Shown here piece after piece: positions 1-8,468 of a stretch of DNA of 19,817 bases (position 1 is its first letter; each line of letters begins with the position of its first letter). The stretch is from an uncultured Pseudomonadota bacterium (lineage in GTDB: Bacteria > BMS3Abin14), in NCBI GenBank assembly GCA_964454175.1, contig CAYVSA010000019.1:1-19817 (forward strand), written 5' to 3'. The position numbers and the translations under genes were made by a program. Under the pieces are notes generated by a model. That model was not told the origin of the DNA. It did no database searches and saw only the letters and a program-made list of their open reading frames with translations.

Positions 1-273
1 GCCCACTCGGGAGACAGGTTCAACGTCGTGACCACAAGCGGCAAGTGGACAAGGGTCCGCTCGAGTAACGGCAGAACCGGCGGATGGGTAGCTTCTTCCC
101 TCCTTAACACCGGTACCACGAAAACCATGACGTACCAGTACGAGATGCGGGGATACGTCATATACTTCATCGTAGCGCTGATGGTCATGTTCTTCGCCCT
201 CAGGATGCGAAAAGCTCCGGAAGCCGCGAAGGCCAGGGGTTCAGAAACCCTGCTGATGAATAACAAGAGCTGA
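1..273 (+). CDS. 3' end of a protein with a bacterial SH3-like domain and a C-terminal transmembrane helix (5'-truncated by window edge)
   Basis: Frame is open from base 1: AHSGDRFNVVTTSGKWTRVRSSNGRTGGWVASSLL matches the SH3b pattern (G+.V+...G.W.+V....G..GWV...L). It is followed by hydrophobic YVIYFIVALMVMFFAL and a basic RMRK stop-transfer; TGA at 271-273. Confidence 0.75.
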   Translation, partial: AHSGDRFNVVTTSGKWTRVRSSNGRTGGWVASSLLNTGTTKTMTYQYEMRGYVIYFIVALMVMFFALRMRKAPEAAKARGSETLLMNNKS

Positions 274-290
274 TCAGGAAACAACAGGAG

Positions 291-324
291 TAAAAACGCC
301 TCCCCCCAGGGGGAGGCGTTTTTA
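291..324. terminator. Bidirectional intrinsic terminator
   Basis: Inverted repeat TAAAAACGCCTCCCCC / GGGGGAGGCGTTTTTA with A-tract before and T-tract after, 17 nt downstream of the SH3 gene stop. Confidence 0.85.
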
Positions 325-351
325 GGTCAAAAACCAACATGGAGACCCGTG

Positions 352-374
352 ATGGCCGATCCGGCCATTTTTTT
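352..374 (+). terminator. Second terminator-like hairpin
   Basis: ATGGCCG-ATC-CGGCCAT followed by a T run. Confidence 0.45.
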
Positions 375-430
375 CGAGATGCCATTCTCCTGGTTAACGC
401 TGAAATTATTTTGCCTGACACCAGGCGACC

Positions 431-460
431 TTTACAAAGGCGGAAAGATTCATATAGACT
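431..460 (+). promoter_or_regulatory. Putative sigma70-type promoter for the envelope/ABC cluster
   Basis: TTTACA (431-436), 18-nt spacer, TAGACT (455-460); about 70 nt upstream of ATG 530. Confidence 0.35.
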
Positions 461-529
461 TCCCGGAGTGATCAATTGGCAGACGCTACCAGGAAATATA
501 AATTCAACCTTCTTTGCAGGAGGACAATC

Positions 530-976
530 ATGAGTTTAAGGCCTATCATCATTCTTTTTCTGACGGCATTTTTACTTCCTCTTGCTGCATGCGCTCCTGG
601 CATTTACGGTAATGTTCGCCTTATGGACCGTAATATGGCCCCGGTAGCCGCTGAGAGCCCGGAAGGCACTGTCATCAACATGATCAACACTTCCGTCAGC
701 GTAGAAAAAGCATCTCACTCCGTAACCGCCGATGTCGAGGGGAACTTCGAATCCGAAAAGGGCGCCATCACAAAGGGCACCTACAAGGTTGAGGGCGGCA
801 GGATCGGTTATGTCACTGAAACCATTACTGTTGAGGTCGGGAGCGGCCGCCAGAAAGTGGAGTTGACCCTCAAAAAGATCCCGGAGAGCAAACGGCGATC
901 CATTGAGAGCTCTGATTCCGACCGGGACAAGATCATCAATCCGGGTGAAGTTAACATACAGCCCCCGACGATGTGA
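530..976 (+). CDS. Lipoprotein with carboxypeptidase-regulatory-like beta-sandwich domain
   Basis: AGGAGG RBS precedes ATG 530 (preferred over the 476 start in the ORF track). Signal peptide MSLRPIIILFLTAFLLPLAA-C with lipobox. Pattern 'VTADVEGNF...GTYKVEGGRIGYVTETITVEV...VELTL' is typical of CarboxypepD_reg-like domains. Confidence 0.8.
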   Translation: MSLRPIIILFLTAFLLPLAACAPGIYGNVRLMDRNMAPVAAESPEGTVINMINTSVSVEKASHSVTADVEGNFESEKGAITKGTYKVEGGRIGYVTETITVEVGSGRQKVELTLKKIPESKRRSIESSDSDRDKIINPGEVNIQPPTM

Positions 977-1187
977 CCGTTCCCAGACCGGCCGTGCAAT
1001 ACCTTTAACCGGGGTGTGCTCTGTCCGTTTCAACGCTGATGAGTCAGTATCCGCCAATAATAGTACCAGGGCATTACACGAAGCATGGGGCTGCCCTGCA
1101 GACCTCAGCCCGGCTGCTGCAGGCATACCGGGATATTACGAACTTTGAAGGTACATTTGGAATATAAGTCTATCAGGAGGCGCTATC

Positions 1188-3767
1188 ATGTTTAAGCGAA
1201 CGGCAAGGTGGGGTGTAGTTATCCTCGCGGCTGCAGTCCTGTTCGCCTGTGCAGAGGCGAAAAGGGAGGTAACTGTACAGGTGAAGGCTACGCTGGACGG
1301 CAGTCCTGCTGCACAGGCAAGAGTGATCCTGGACGGTGCCGAAGTAGGCGTGACCGCCGAAGACGGCACCCTCGCCCACAAGGTCATGAAGCTCTCAGGT
1401 GACAATATCAAGGTCTCAGTCGTCAAAGAAGCAATGGGGTACGAGATCGAGCCCTGGGAAGGCTCCGTCACTGTGAATAAACCCGGAGAGACTCCCGGGG
1501 ACAAGTACGCCCTTGAGGTTGTGCTGAAGTCATCCAAGGGAGTAGCCATCTCTGTCACCGACAAGGGCTCCGCAGTTGAGGGAGCACTGGTAAAAATTGA
1601 CGGCCGTAACCTGGGAACGACGGATACCGCGGGTCAGATCAAGTACAGCTACGAAGGGCAGGCGGTTCGTAAAATCCGTCTTGAAGTAGAAAAAAAGGGC
1701 TACGTCACCTGGAAAAAATCACTGGAGATCAAGCCCGGCACCACGGCTGAAGCAGCCATATTCAAACCCTCCGTTTTGACCATCAGGGCCCTTACCGAGG
1801 AATACGGCCAGGAAATTGGCCTGCCAGGGATATCCGTCTGGATCGGCAAGAAAAGCATTGGGAAGACAGGTGAGAACGGCTCTGTTTCCTATGTTTACAG
1901 GGGAGCCCCCGGCAGATCCGTGACAGTCGGGATGTCAGTTCCCGGCTATACCCCATCCGTCTGGAAGGCAAAGGTAGTTCTCGACGGCAGAAGATCACTG
2001 AAACGTTATTTCTATAATACCGCCCTCAAGACTGTCAGGACAGGCATCTACGGTTACTCCAGCAACGCTCCTGACGAGGACATGACCGCGATCCTGAGGC
2101 GCCTGGAAGAGGCAGTGGGGAACATCCTTTACAGCCATATGGTCTTTTCCGAAGTACCGAAAGATACGCTGAGAGAAAACATAAAACAGGCCGAGACCGA
2201 CGTTGACAGGATAACCAGCGCCGGATGGAATAACACTACACTCATCAAGGCGGTGGATGCAGTGATCCTTGGCAGTGTATCAAGAAACAACCGGGGCTAC
2301 ACCATCGAGACCAAGGTATTCTCCTCTGACGGCACACTGGTACTCAGCCAGATAAACACCGCAAGACGGGTAAGAGACGTAAAGAAGGTCGCCAAAAAGA
2401 TAGCTAACAACATCCTTGCAGATTTCCCCTTCAAGGCGACCCTGGTTTCGATCAAGGACGGCAACAAGATAAATATGGGGAAATCTTCCTACGGGCTTAA
2501 AAGGGGCATGGAATTTTCCCTGCAGGCCCCGGACCTTGCCAAGTACGGAAGGATAAGTGGGTACAGGGACATCGGGACGATCAAACTCAGGAAAGTCGGC
2601 AAGAGATCCTCAACAGGCGAAATTATCGAGCTTAAATCCGGTAAAAAGGCCGTTCCAGGCCAGAGAGTTATGCGCCGTTCCCCTGGTTCCAGGGAGGCTC
2701 AGGCGGCAGGGGGCTATGTCACCCTTACCGTAAAGGGAGGTGTGCCCCCCGAAATCGCCCTGATCGCTGGCGTGAATATTTATATAGACGAGGAGTGGGC
2801 GGGGTCAACCAGCTCAAGGGGAACCGCCAGGATACCACTCAAGATCGGCAGGAACTACGATCTCGTCCTGTACAAACACGGGTATCAGCAGTTTACAGGC
2901 AGGATCAAGGCGGCAGCCGACAGGGAGAACAAGGATTACGTTCTCCATATCAACAACGCTTCATTCAGGGCCGAATCCAGACCATCTGGCGCCGATGTCT
3001 TTCTGGACGGTGTCAAGGTCGGGAAGACTCCAATGACCGGAGGCTTGAAGGTTAATTTCGGGTTCCACACTCTCAAGATGTCAGCCAGCGGAGACTACCG
3101 TGACTTTGAAGAAGTAGTCGAGTTCAACAAAGGAGAGGTAGATTACACTGGTTCGAAAAAGATCGTACTCGTCAAGGATTACATGAAACAGGGCAAGCGG
3201 GCAGAGCGTGTCGGGGATTTCGACAGCGCCATCGCTGCTTACTCCAGTCCTGGCATGGACCATCCTGATTATTCCAACGCAAGGTTCAGGCTTGCGCAGA
3301 TATACATGGATGAAAAAGAAGATTTCAACTCTGCGATCAAGGAGTTTGAAAACGTACTTTCCCTTCCCGAGAACCAGCAGCTCATTTACAAACAGTTTTC
3401 CATCGCCTACACAAATCTGGGCCATGCTTATTACGAACTGGGCAACAACCTCATCAGAGAAGACAGGCTCAGCGCTGCCCAGAAGTTTTCGAAAGCTTCA
3501 GAAAACCTGGAAAAAGCAAAACAGAATACAAGGTTCTTCCCGACCCAGTACTACAACGAAGCCCTGCATGACACTTATTATTACCTGGCACTCTCATACC
3601 ACAAGCTATACCTGCTAACGAGGAAGGAGACGATCCTGGGAAGGGCCGACCTGGCATGGAGAGAATATTTCGATTTCTTCCCGAAACAGCTGGAAGGTGA
3701 CGAGGTTTTTACACAGATGCGCGATTCTGCCCGGAAATACTGGACCCAGATCCAGGATCTGATGTAG
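1188..3767 (+). CDS. Large multidomain lipoprotein: repeated carboxypeptidase-regulatory/PEGA-like beta-sandwiches, CsgG/TolB_N-like alpha/beta domain, FlgT_C-like barrel, PEGA domain, C-terminal TPR region
   Basis: 859-aa ORF, AGGAGG RBS, lipobox LFA-C. Four repeats of 'V.+DG...G.T...G'. PEGA motif 'ESRPSGADVFLDGVKVGKTP...GFHTL'. 'DAVILGSVS....YTIETKV' is CsgG/TolB_N-like and 'INMG...GLKRGMEF' FlgT_C-like. TPR helices 'ARFRLAQIY...FNSAIKEFENVL' and 'AYTNLGHAYYELG'. Confidence 0.8.
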   Translation: MFKRTARWGVVILAAAVLFACAEAKREVTVQVKATLDGSPAAQARVILDGAEVGVTAEDGTLAHKVMKLSGDNIKVSVVKEAMGYEIEPWEGSVTVNKPGETPGDKYALEVVLKSSKGVAISVTDKGSAVEGALVKIDGRNLGTTDTAGQIKYSYEGQAVRKIRLEVEKKGYVTWKKSLEIKPGTTAEAAIFKPSVLTIRALTEEYGQEIGLPGISVWIGKKSIGKTGENGSVSYVYRGAPGRSVTVGMSVPGYTPSVWKAKVVLDGRRSLKRYFYNTALKTVRTGIYGYSSNAPDEDMTAILRRLEEAVGNILYSHMVFSEVPKDTLRENIKQAETDVDRITSAGWNNTTLIKAVDAVILGSVSRNNRGYTIETKVFSSDGTLVLSQINTARRVRDVKKVAKKIANNILADFPFKATLVSIKDGNKINMGKSSYGLKRGMEFSLQAPDLAKYGRISGYRDIGTIKLRKVGKRSSTGEIIELKSGKKAVPGQRVMRRSPGSREAQAAGGYVTLTVKGGVPPEIALIAGVNIYIDEEWAGSTSSRGTARIPLKIGRNYDLVLYKHGYQQFTGRIKAAADRENKDYVLHINNASFRAESRPSGADVFLDGVKVGKTPMTGGLKVNFGFHTLKMSASGDYRDFEEVVEFNKGEVDYTGSKKIVLVKDYMKQGKRAERVGDFDSAIAAYSSPGMDHPDYSNARFRLAQIYMDEKEDFNSAIKEFENVLSLPENQQLIYKQFSIAYTNLGHAYYELGNNLIREDRLSAAQKFSKASENLEKAKQNTRFFPTQYYNEALHDTYYYLALSYHKLYLLTRKETILGRADLAWREYFDFFPKQLEGDEVFTQMRDSARKYWTQIQDLM

Positions 3768-3795
3768 CGGAGTCTGGAGATTGGGAGTCGGAGAG
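3768..3795 (+). repeat. Degenerate G-rich heptamer tandem repeat (4 units)
   Basis: CGGAGTC TGGAGAT TGGGAGT CGGAGAG immediately after the stop codon at 3767. Confidence 0.55.
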
Positions 3796-5157
3796 TTTGC
3801 AGAAAAACAGGTATTTTTCATGATCGCGGCAGTTATTCTCGCCGGTTCGAATCTCGCGGCCGGGAATGCCAGGGCAGCCGAAACACCGCAAAGCGGTGCC
3901 GTGATGTCTGTTAAAGGAAGTGTTTATGCCGCAGACACGATATCCGGCCCGGAAGTGGACGCGGAGGTTGAGGAGATCCCTGTGGACCAGGAATCCATTG
4001 ATGAGATGGCCCCTGTGAACGCAGTCATGTCACCCTATCCGGAGTCTGTCCGGCAGTGGTCCGGAAATATTCCAGACGAGGTTCTGTCGAAGGAAGTACC
4101 CGCTGCCGACCTGTTCTACACTTATGAGCTTACTGAGATCCAGAAAGGGAGTAACGACTCCAACCCTGTCTGGTCACCTTCGGGCGAAATGGTCGCTTTT
4201 GAGCGCAACGTCATGGACCGCAAGGAAATTATCATAGCAACCTCCAGCGGAAAGGTGATCCGAAAGATCAGCTACCATGAGAGCAGTCCGGAAAGCGGGA
4301 TGGAGTTCTTCGCGAACAGCTTTCCCGGCGAGGAAAGCTACAACTCGGGACTTACATGGTCTCATGACGGCAGCCGTTTCGTTTTCATGAGCAACGCCGG
4401 TACCGGTAACTACGACATTTACCTGAGTGATCTGCGCGGTGAAGTGATCGAAAGACTGACCGATGCGTCCCAGAGGGACGGTCATGCTGACTGGTCGCCC
4501 GTTGCTGACAAACTGGTATTCGTTTCGGGGCAAAGCGGCAAAGCTGACCTGTACCTCATGGACCTGGCCACACGGGAGACCGAGAAAATTACCAGGGGGA
4601 AAAAGACTTACCTCTATCCACAGTGGTCTCCTGATGGAAAAAAGATCGCGATGCTCTACGGCAGCAGTGAAAATCACGATATCTATGTCATCGACGACAT
4701 GGGGATGCCCTTTCAGTCCGTAAGGCCTTTGACCACATGGTCCTACGACGATCTGAGACCGACATGGTCGCCGGACGGGCAACTCATCGCATTTTACACG
4801 AATTTCAACGCCGACAATGACCCTAAAGTCTGGTCTATTGCAGTAGTCCCGGCCAACGGCCGCAACATCGCTTCACCTGAAGATATTGAGGGTACGATAG
4901 TGGCAGCAAACGTCAATCCGGATGTTGAACGCGGTCCTGCCTGGATGCCGGACAGCAAAAGGATCCTGTACGTTAAGAACGACCAGAGGGGATATTACCC
5001 CCTCTACGTCATCGACATTAACGAGAAGACAAGTACCCTGCTGGAAACGGACACAACCATTAACCACGACGTCACATGCTCACCCGACGGAGCTATCGCT
5101 TTCAGGGCACAGGTTGAGCAGTGGGATCAGATTTTTATATCACGTCTCAGAGATTAA
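3781..5157 (+). CDS. TolB-like PD40 (WD40-like) beta-propeller protein, exported
   Basis: Repeated P.WSPDG motifs (PVWSPSG, LTWSHDG, ADWSPVA, PQWSPDG, PTWSPDG, PAWMPDS, TCSPDG). N-terminal hydrophobic segment ending ARA-A, then an acidic linker. Start uncertain (TTG 3781 or ATG 3820). No tolQRA/pal neighbours, so not called tolB. Confidence 0.85.
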   Translation: MGVGEFAEKQVFFMIAAVILAGSNLAAGNARAAETPQSGAVMSVKGSVYAADTISGPEVDAEVEEIPVDQESIDEMAPVNAVMSPYPESVRQWSGNIPDEVLSKEVPAADLFYTYELTEIQKGSNDSNPVWSPSGEMVAFERNVMDRKEIIIATSSGKVIRKISYHESSPESGMEFFANSFPGEESYNSGLTWSHDGSRFVFMSNAGTGNYDIYLSDLRGEVIERLTDASQRDGHADWSPVADKLVFVSGQSGKADLYLMDLATRETEKITRGKKTYLYPQWSPDGKKIAMLYGSSENHDIYVIDDMGMPFQSVRPLTTWSYDDLRPTWSPDGQLIAFYTNFNADNDPKVWSIAVVPANGRNIASPEDIEGTIVAANVNPDVERGPAWMPDSKRILYVKNDQRGYYPLYVIDINEKTSTLLETDTTINHDVTCSPDGAIAFRAQVEQWDQIFISRLRD

Positions 5158-5174
5158 GGAGCTATGGTCCGGAT

Positions 5175-6665
5175 ATGCGATTGAAATGCCTGATAACGCT
5201 CTTGATATTCAGCACGTTCCTTCCTGTCAGGGCACATGCCATTGAGGTTAAAGTCCAGAGGGCGCTGGATCAGCTGAAGAGAAACCACTTTAATTTTGCC
5301 GCTGAATTGCGACTCGATCTGCCGGCTCTGGATCCGGAAGACCTGAGTTCGGCCGAGCTCCTGCTGGGCATGACTTATCTCAGGAGCGCGAAACTGCATG
5401 ATCGCCTGTATGATATATCTCTGAAGGCCAACCTGGATTACCTGTCGAGAATATCCGCGAAAAAAGACAAGGATTCGAGCCGGATGGTCAAACTCTTCCT
5501 GGCCGAGTCCCTACTGGCGGCAGACAAACCTGCCCGGGCCGCATTCCAGTACCAGAAGATCCTGAAGGATCGGGGAATGGAAAGTTCTTTCAGAAACATT
5601 GCGAAGGTCGGCCTGGGAACCTCTCTTTACCTGCAGGGTAACGGAAGCCAGGCGGACCGGCTGTGGTCCGGGCTCGCAGATACCGGTGATCCCCTGGTTC
5701 TATCTGAACTGGCATTCGCCTTCATAAAGGTCGGGCTCGATCCCAGGAGGTCGGAGAAACTCTGCGACAGAGCGCTGGTTATAGCCGGCAAATCAAACAA
5801 ACCAGTCCCCATAAGGATCCTCAGTAACAGCGTTGGGGTATTCGTGGAAGCTGGCCAGATTAAAAAGGCGCTCAATCTCCTTCGGGAGGCCGACCTGAAA
5901 ACCTTTTCCTACCAGGAAAGTCTGGGAGAGAACAAGACCCTGCAGTTCTACAACATAACGCTGCTGAAGAACCTGGCTGCCGTATACCGCAAAGCCAGCA
6001 TTCAGTACCTCAAACTGGCATCGGAGAGGCCCAAGCCGAACAGAATGGTAAATTACTATCTGGCCGAGGCATTCGCCCTTGACAGGAACGCACCGGCCTC
6101 CAGCAAAGCTGTTGATGCTTTCCTTTCTTCATGGCCCCTGCCAAAACTCCAGAAGAATGCGGCATCAGCTATTCGTGCCAAAAACTCCTTTGTCAGCGGC
6201 AGGGCTGCAGAGGGAGAAACGATCCTGGAGGTGCTCTCCAGGGACAACTGGAATGACCCCAACAGCCTTGCCCAGACACTCGATGTCTGCAGCGATGTAA
6301 AGATCAAGTGCGAAGAGATCGCCTCATCTGCTCAAAAACTTCTGGAAACGAGGGTGGACCGGAGTTTTTCAAACCTGAATTTCGCTCTGGGACGATACTA
6401 TCTTGAAACAGGCAACACCGAAACTGCGATCTCCTATCTGGAGGCCGGCAGGGACAAATCCTACAAGAACAAGATCGAATACAACAATCCCCTGCTTCTG
6501 GTGGATCTGGCTGAAGTATATTTCAAAACCAGGAAATTTTCAGAAGCTCTGGAGATACTATTTGAGATGAGCAGGCAGTATCCGGCAGTCCGCCAGATAC
6601 AGAACGCCATGCAGGGAGTTTACTCCATGGTCCAGGAGAGTGCCGGGGATGTGAAGGTATTGTAG
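5175..6665 (+). CDS. Exported tetratricopeptide-repeat (alpha-solenoid) protein
   Basis: ATG 5175 gives signal peptide MRLKCLITLLIFSTFLPVRAHA. TPR-like helices include 'FALGRYYLETGNTETAISYLEA' and 'LAEVYFKTRKFSEALEILFEM'. Confidence 0.75.
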   Translation: MRLKCLITLLIFSTFLPVRAHAIEVKVQRALDQLKRNHFNFAAELRLDLPALDPEDLSSAELLLGMTYLRSAKLHDRLYDISLKANLDYLSRISAKKDKDSSRMVKLFLAESLLAADKPARAAFQYQKILKDRGMESSFRNIAKVGLGTSLYLQGNGSQADRLWSGLADTGDPLVLSELAFAFIKVGLDPRRSEKLCDRALVIAGKSNKPVPIRILSNSVGVFVEAGQIKKALNLLREADLKTFSYQESLGENKTLQFYNITLLKNLAAVYRKASIQYLKLASERPKPNRMVNYYLAEAFALDRNAPASSKAVDAFLSSWPLPKLQKNAASAIRAKNSFVSGRAAEGETILEVLSRDNWNDPNSLAQTLDVCSDVKIKCEEIASSAQKLLETRVDRSFSNLNFALGRYYLETGNTETAISYLEAGRDKSYKNKIEYNNPLLLVDLAEVYFKTRKFSEALEILFEMSRQYPAVRQIQNAMQGVYSMVQESAGDVKVL

Positions 6666-6667
6666 GT

Positions 6668-6780
6668 TGGAAAATGGGAATTGGGAATGGAAAATGGAAA
6701 TTAGAGTAATGGTGATAATCGACACATGGGCCCTGGGACTTGGGCCTTGGAACCAATTTAACTACCAGAAACTGGAAACT
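6668..6780 (+). repeat. Clusters of degenerate TGG(G/A)NNN heptamer tandem repeats in the intergenic region
   Basis: TGGAAAA TGGGAAT TGGGAA TGGAAAA TGGAAAT (6668-6701); TGGGCCC TGGGACT TGGGCCT TGGAACC (6727-6754); CAGAAAC TGGAAAC (about 6766-6779). Confidence 0.7.
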
Positions 6781-6802
6781 GCATTTAATAAGGAGGCATG
6801 GG

Positions 6803-8422
6803 ATGAAAGCTAAATGGACGTTACCGCTCGTCATTTGCATTGCTGCGGCACTGGGCATGTCCACTGATGCAGCTGCATTGAGCAAGGATGACGGGAGACC
6901 CGACGGAGGTGTACTTAGCTACGGAGAGTACGGCCGTCCTGCTACCCTGGACCCCATTACAAGCAACGACATGATCTCCCTGAGGGTGAGCGAACTGGTA
7001 TTCAACGGCCTTGTTGGCATTAATGAAAGACAGGAGATAGTGCCTGAACTCGCTGAGCGGTGGCAGATAGCCGACGACGGCAGCTCCTACACCTTCTATC
7101 TCCGTAAGGATGTAACATGGCATGCGCGTGCAGGAGAGGAGCCCAGGGCCTTCACGGCGGATGATGTGATCTTCACTTACAACATCATGATGAATCCCAG
7201 GACCATAACACCGCTAAAGGTGAGGTATGAATTTATCGAGAGCGCTGCCAGGATCGACGACTACACTGTCCGTTTCATGCTTAAAAGACCTATTCTGAAT
7301 GCCCTTGCCAAATTCAGCTTCAAGATCATACCCGCCCATGGGCCGGCAAACTCCAAATTCCTGACCAGGAGCGACCCCTTCGTACAAAAGCCCATCGGGA
7401 CTGGGCCCTACATGATCAAAACCATAACCTCCGACCGTGAGGTAATAATGGTTGCCAACGATAAATACTTCAGGGGCAGGCCGCATATAGATCGCTTTAT
7501 CGCAAAACCATTCGCGGACCAGAACATAATGTCCCAGGCACTCATGTTCAACGCGATAGACATGATAGTCCTGGTTAATCCCAGGAGCATCCCGGAGATC
7601 CAGGGAGACAGGCGCTACGTTCTCCAGCCCTACAACGCCCTCTCCTACTCTTTTTTCGGATACAACCTGAGGAACCCTCTCCTCGCCGACAAGCGGGTCA
7701 GGCAGGCATTTACCCACGCGGTGAACAGGCAGGAGATGCTGGATTCATTCTTCAACAGCCAGGGGACGATAATATCGGGTCCCTTCGCACCGGGCAGCTG
7801 GGCCTACAACCTTGACGTCCTACCCTTCCCCTACGATCCCGTCAAGGCAAGGAGCCTGCTGGAAGAAGCCGGTTTCACCATGGGGCCGGACGGGATAATG
7901 GAAAAGGATGGCGAGCAGCTCTCACTGAGTCTCAAGGTTCCCATTGAGAAGGAGAGCGAAGCAGTCAAGCGGGTCGTCCTTGCCTTCAAGAGCTATCTCA
8001 AGAAGGTTGGCGTGAACATCAGGGTTGAATTCATGGAGTGGCAGGCCTGGAAGGAAGATGTGTTCCTGGATCACGATATGGACATAATCTTTGCCTCCTG
8101 GGTTTTCGACGACTCTGCTGATATATCCTCCCTGTTCCACTCTTCCGAGATCGGCAGGTGGAAGAACAATTTCGGGGGATATTCCAACCCGCTCGTTGAC
8201 AGCCTGATCGTGGAAAGCAAGCTCACCCTTGACCACGAAAAGCGCAGGACGATCTACAGGAAGCTCCACGAGATACTTGCCGACGAGAGTCCCTACACAT
8301 TCTTGTGGACGCTCACAAACTACGCAGCCTACAACAAGAAGGTGAGGCACATGGCAATTCATCCTTACAAGTTCTTCTCCTTTGCCGATGACTGGTATAT
8401 CCCGGTAGACGAGCAAAGATAA
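6803..8422 (+). CDS. ABC transporter substrate-binding protein, family 5 (Opp/Dpp/App peptide/nickel type)
   Basis: AGGAGG RBS 6 nt before ATG 6803; Sec signal peptide. Family 5 motifs 'PELAERWQIADDGSSYTFYLRKDVTWH', 'FTADDVIFT', 'PIGTGPY', 'DKRVRQA..HAVNR'. Confidence 0.95.
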   Translation: MKAKWTLPLVICIAAALGMSTDAAALSKDDGRPDGGVLSYGEYGRPATLDPITSNDMISLRVSELVFNGLVGINERQEIVPELAERWQIADDGSSYTFYLRKDVTWHARAGEEPRAFTADDVIFTYNIMMNPRTITPLKVRYEFIESAARIDDYTVRFMLKRPILNALAKFSFKIIPAHGPANSKFLTRSDPFVQKPIGTGPYMIKTITSDREVIMVANDKYFRGRPHIDRFIAKPFADQNIMSQALMFNAIDMIVLVNPRSIPEIQGDRRYVLQPYNALSYSFFGYNLRNPLLADKRVRQAFTHAVNRQEMLDSFFNSQGTIISGPFAPGSWAYNLDVLPFPYDPVKARSLLEEAGFTMGPDGIMEKDGEQLSLSLKVPIEKESEAVKRVVLAFKSYLKKVGVNIRVEFMEWQAWKEDVFLDHDMDIIFASWVFDDSADISSLFHSSEIGRWKNNFGGYSNPLVDSLIVESKLTLDHEKRRTIYRKLHEILADESPYTFLWTLTNYAAYNKKVRHMAIHPYKFFSFADDWYIPVDEQR

Positions 8423-8468
8423 CGAAGCACCCAGGGAGGTAGATACAAACACATCCACCTGACACCGC

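Noticed and set aside
1023-1090. Active hammerhead ribozyme as a firm feature
   Set aside because: GAAA core is replaced by GAAG and stems II/III pair poorly; kept only as a low-interest finding.
3781-5157. Calling the propeller gene tolB (Tol-Pal)
   Set aside because: No TolB_N domain is evident in the same polypeptide and there is no tolQ/tolR/tolA/pal in the window.
5164-5184. Out-of-frame minigene MVRICD after AAGGAG
   Set aside because: RBS-to-ATG spacing is only 2 nt; the in-frame ATG 5175 gives a proper signal peptide.
6668-6780. CRISPR array
   Set aside because: Units are 7 bp with no spacers, and there are no cas genes.
6740-6802. Longer upstream starts from the ORF track (476, 5121, 6740, 10301, 15583, 16246, 18768, 19555)
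   Set aside because: Downstream ATGs have better RBS, signal peptide position or stop-start coupling.
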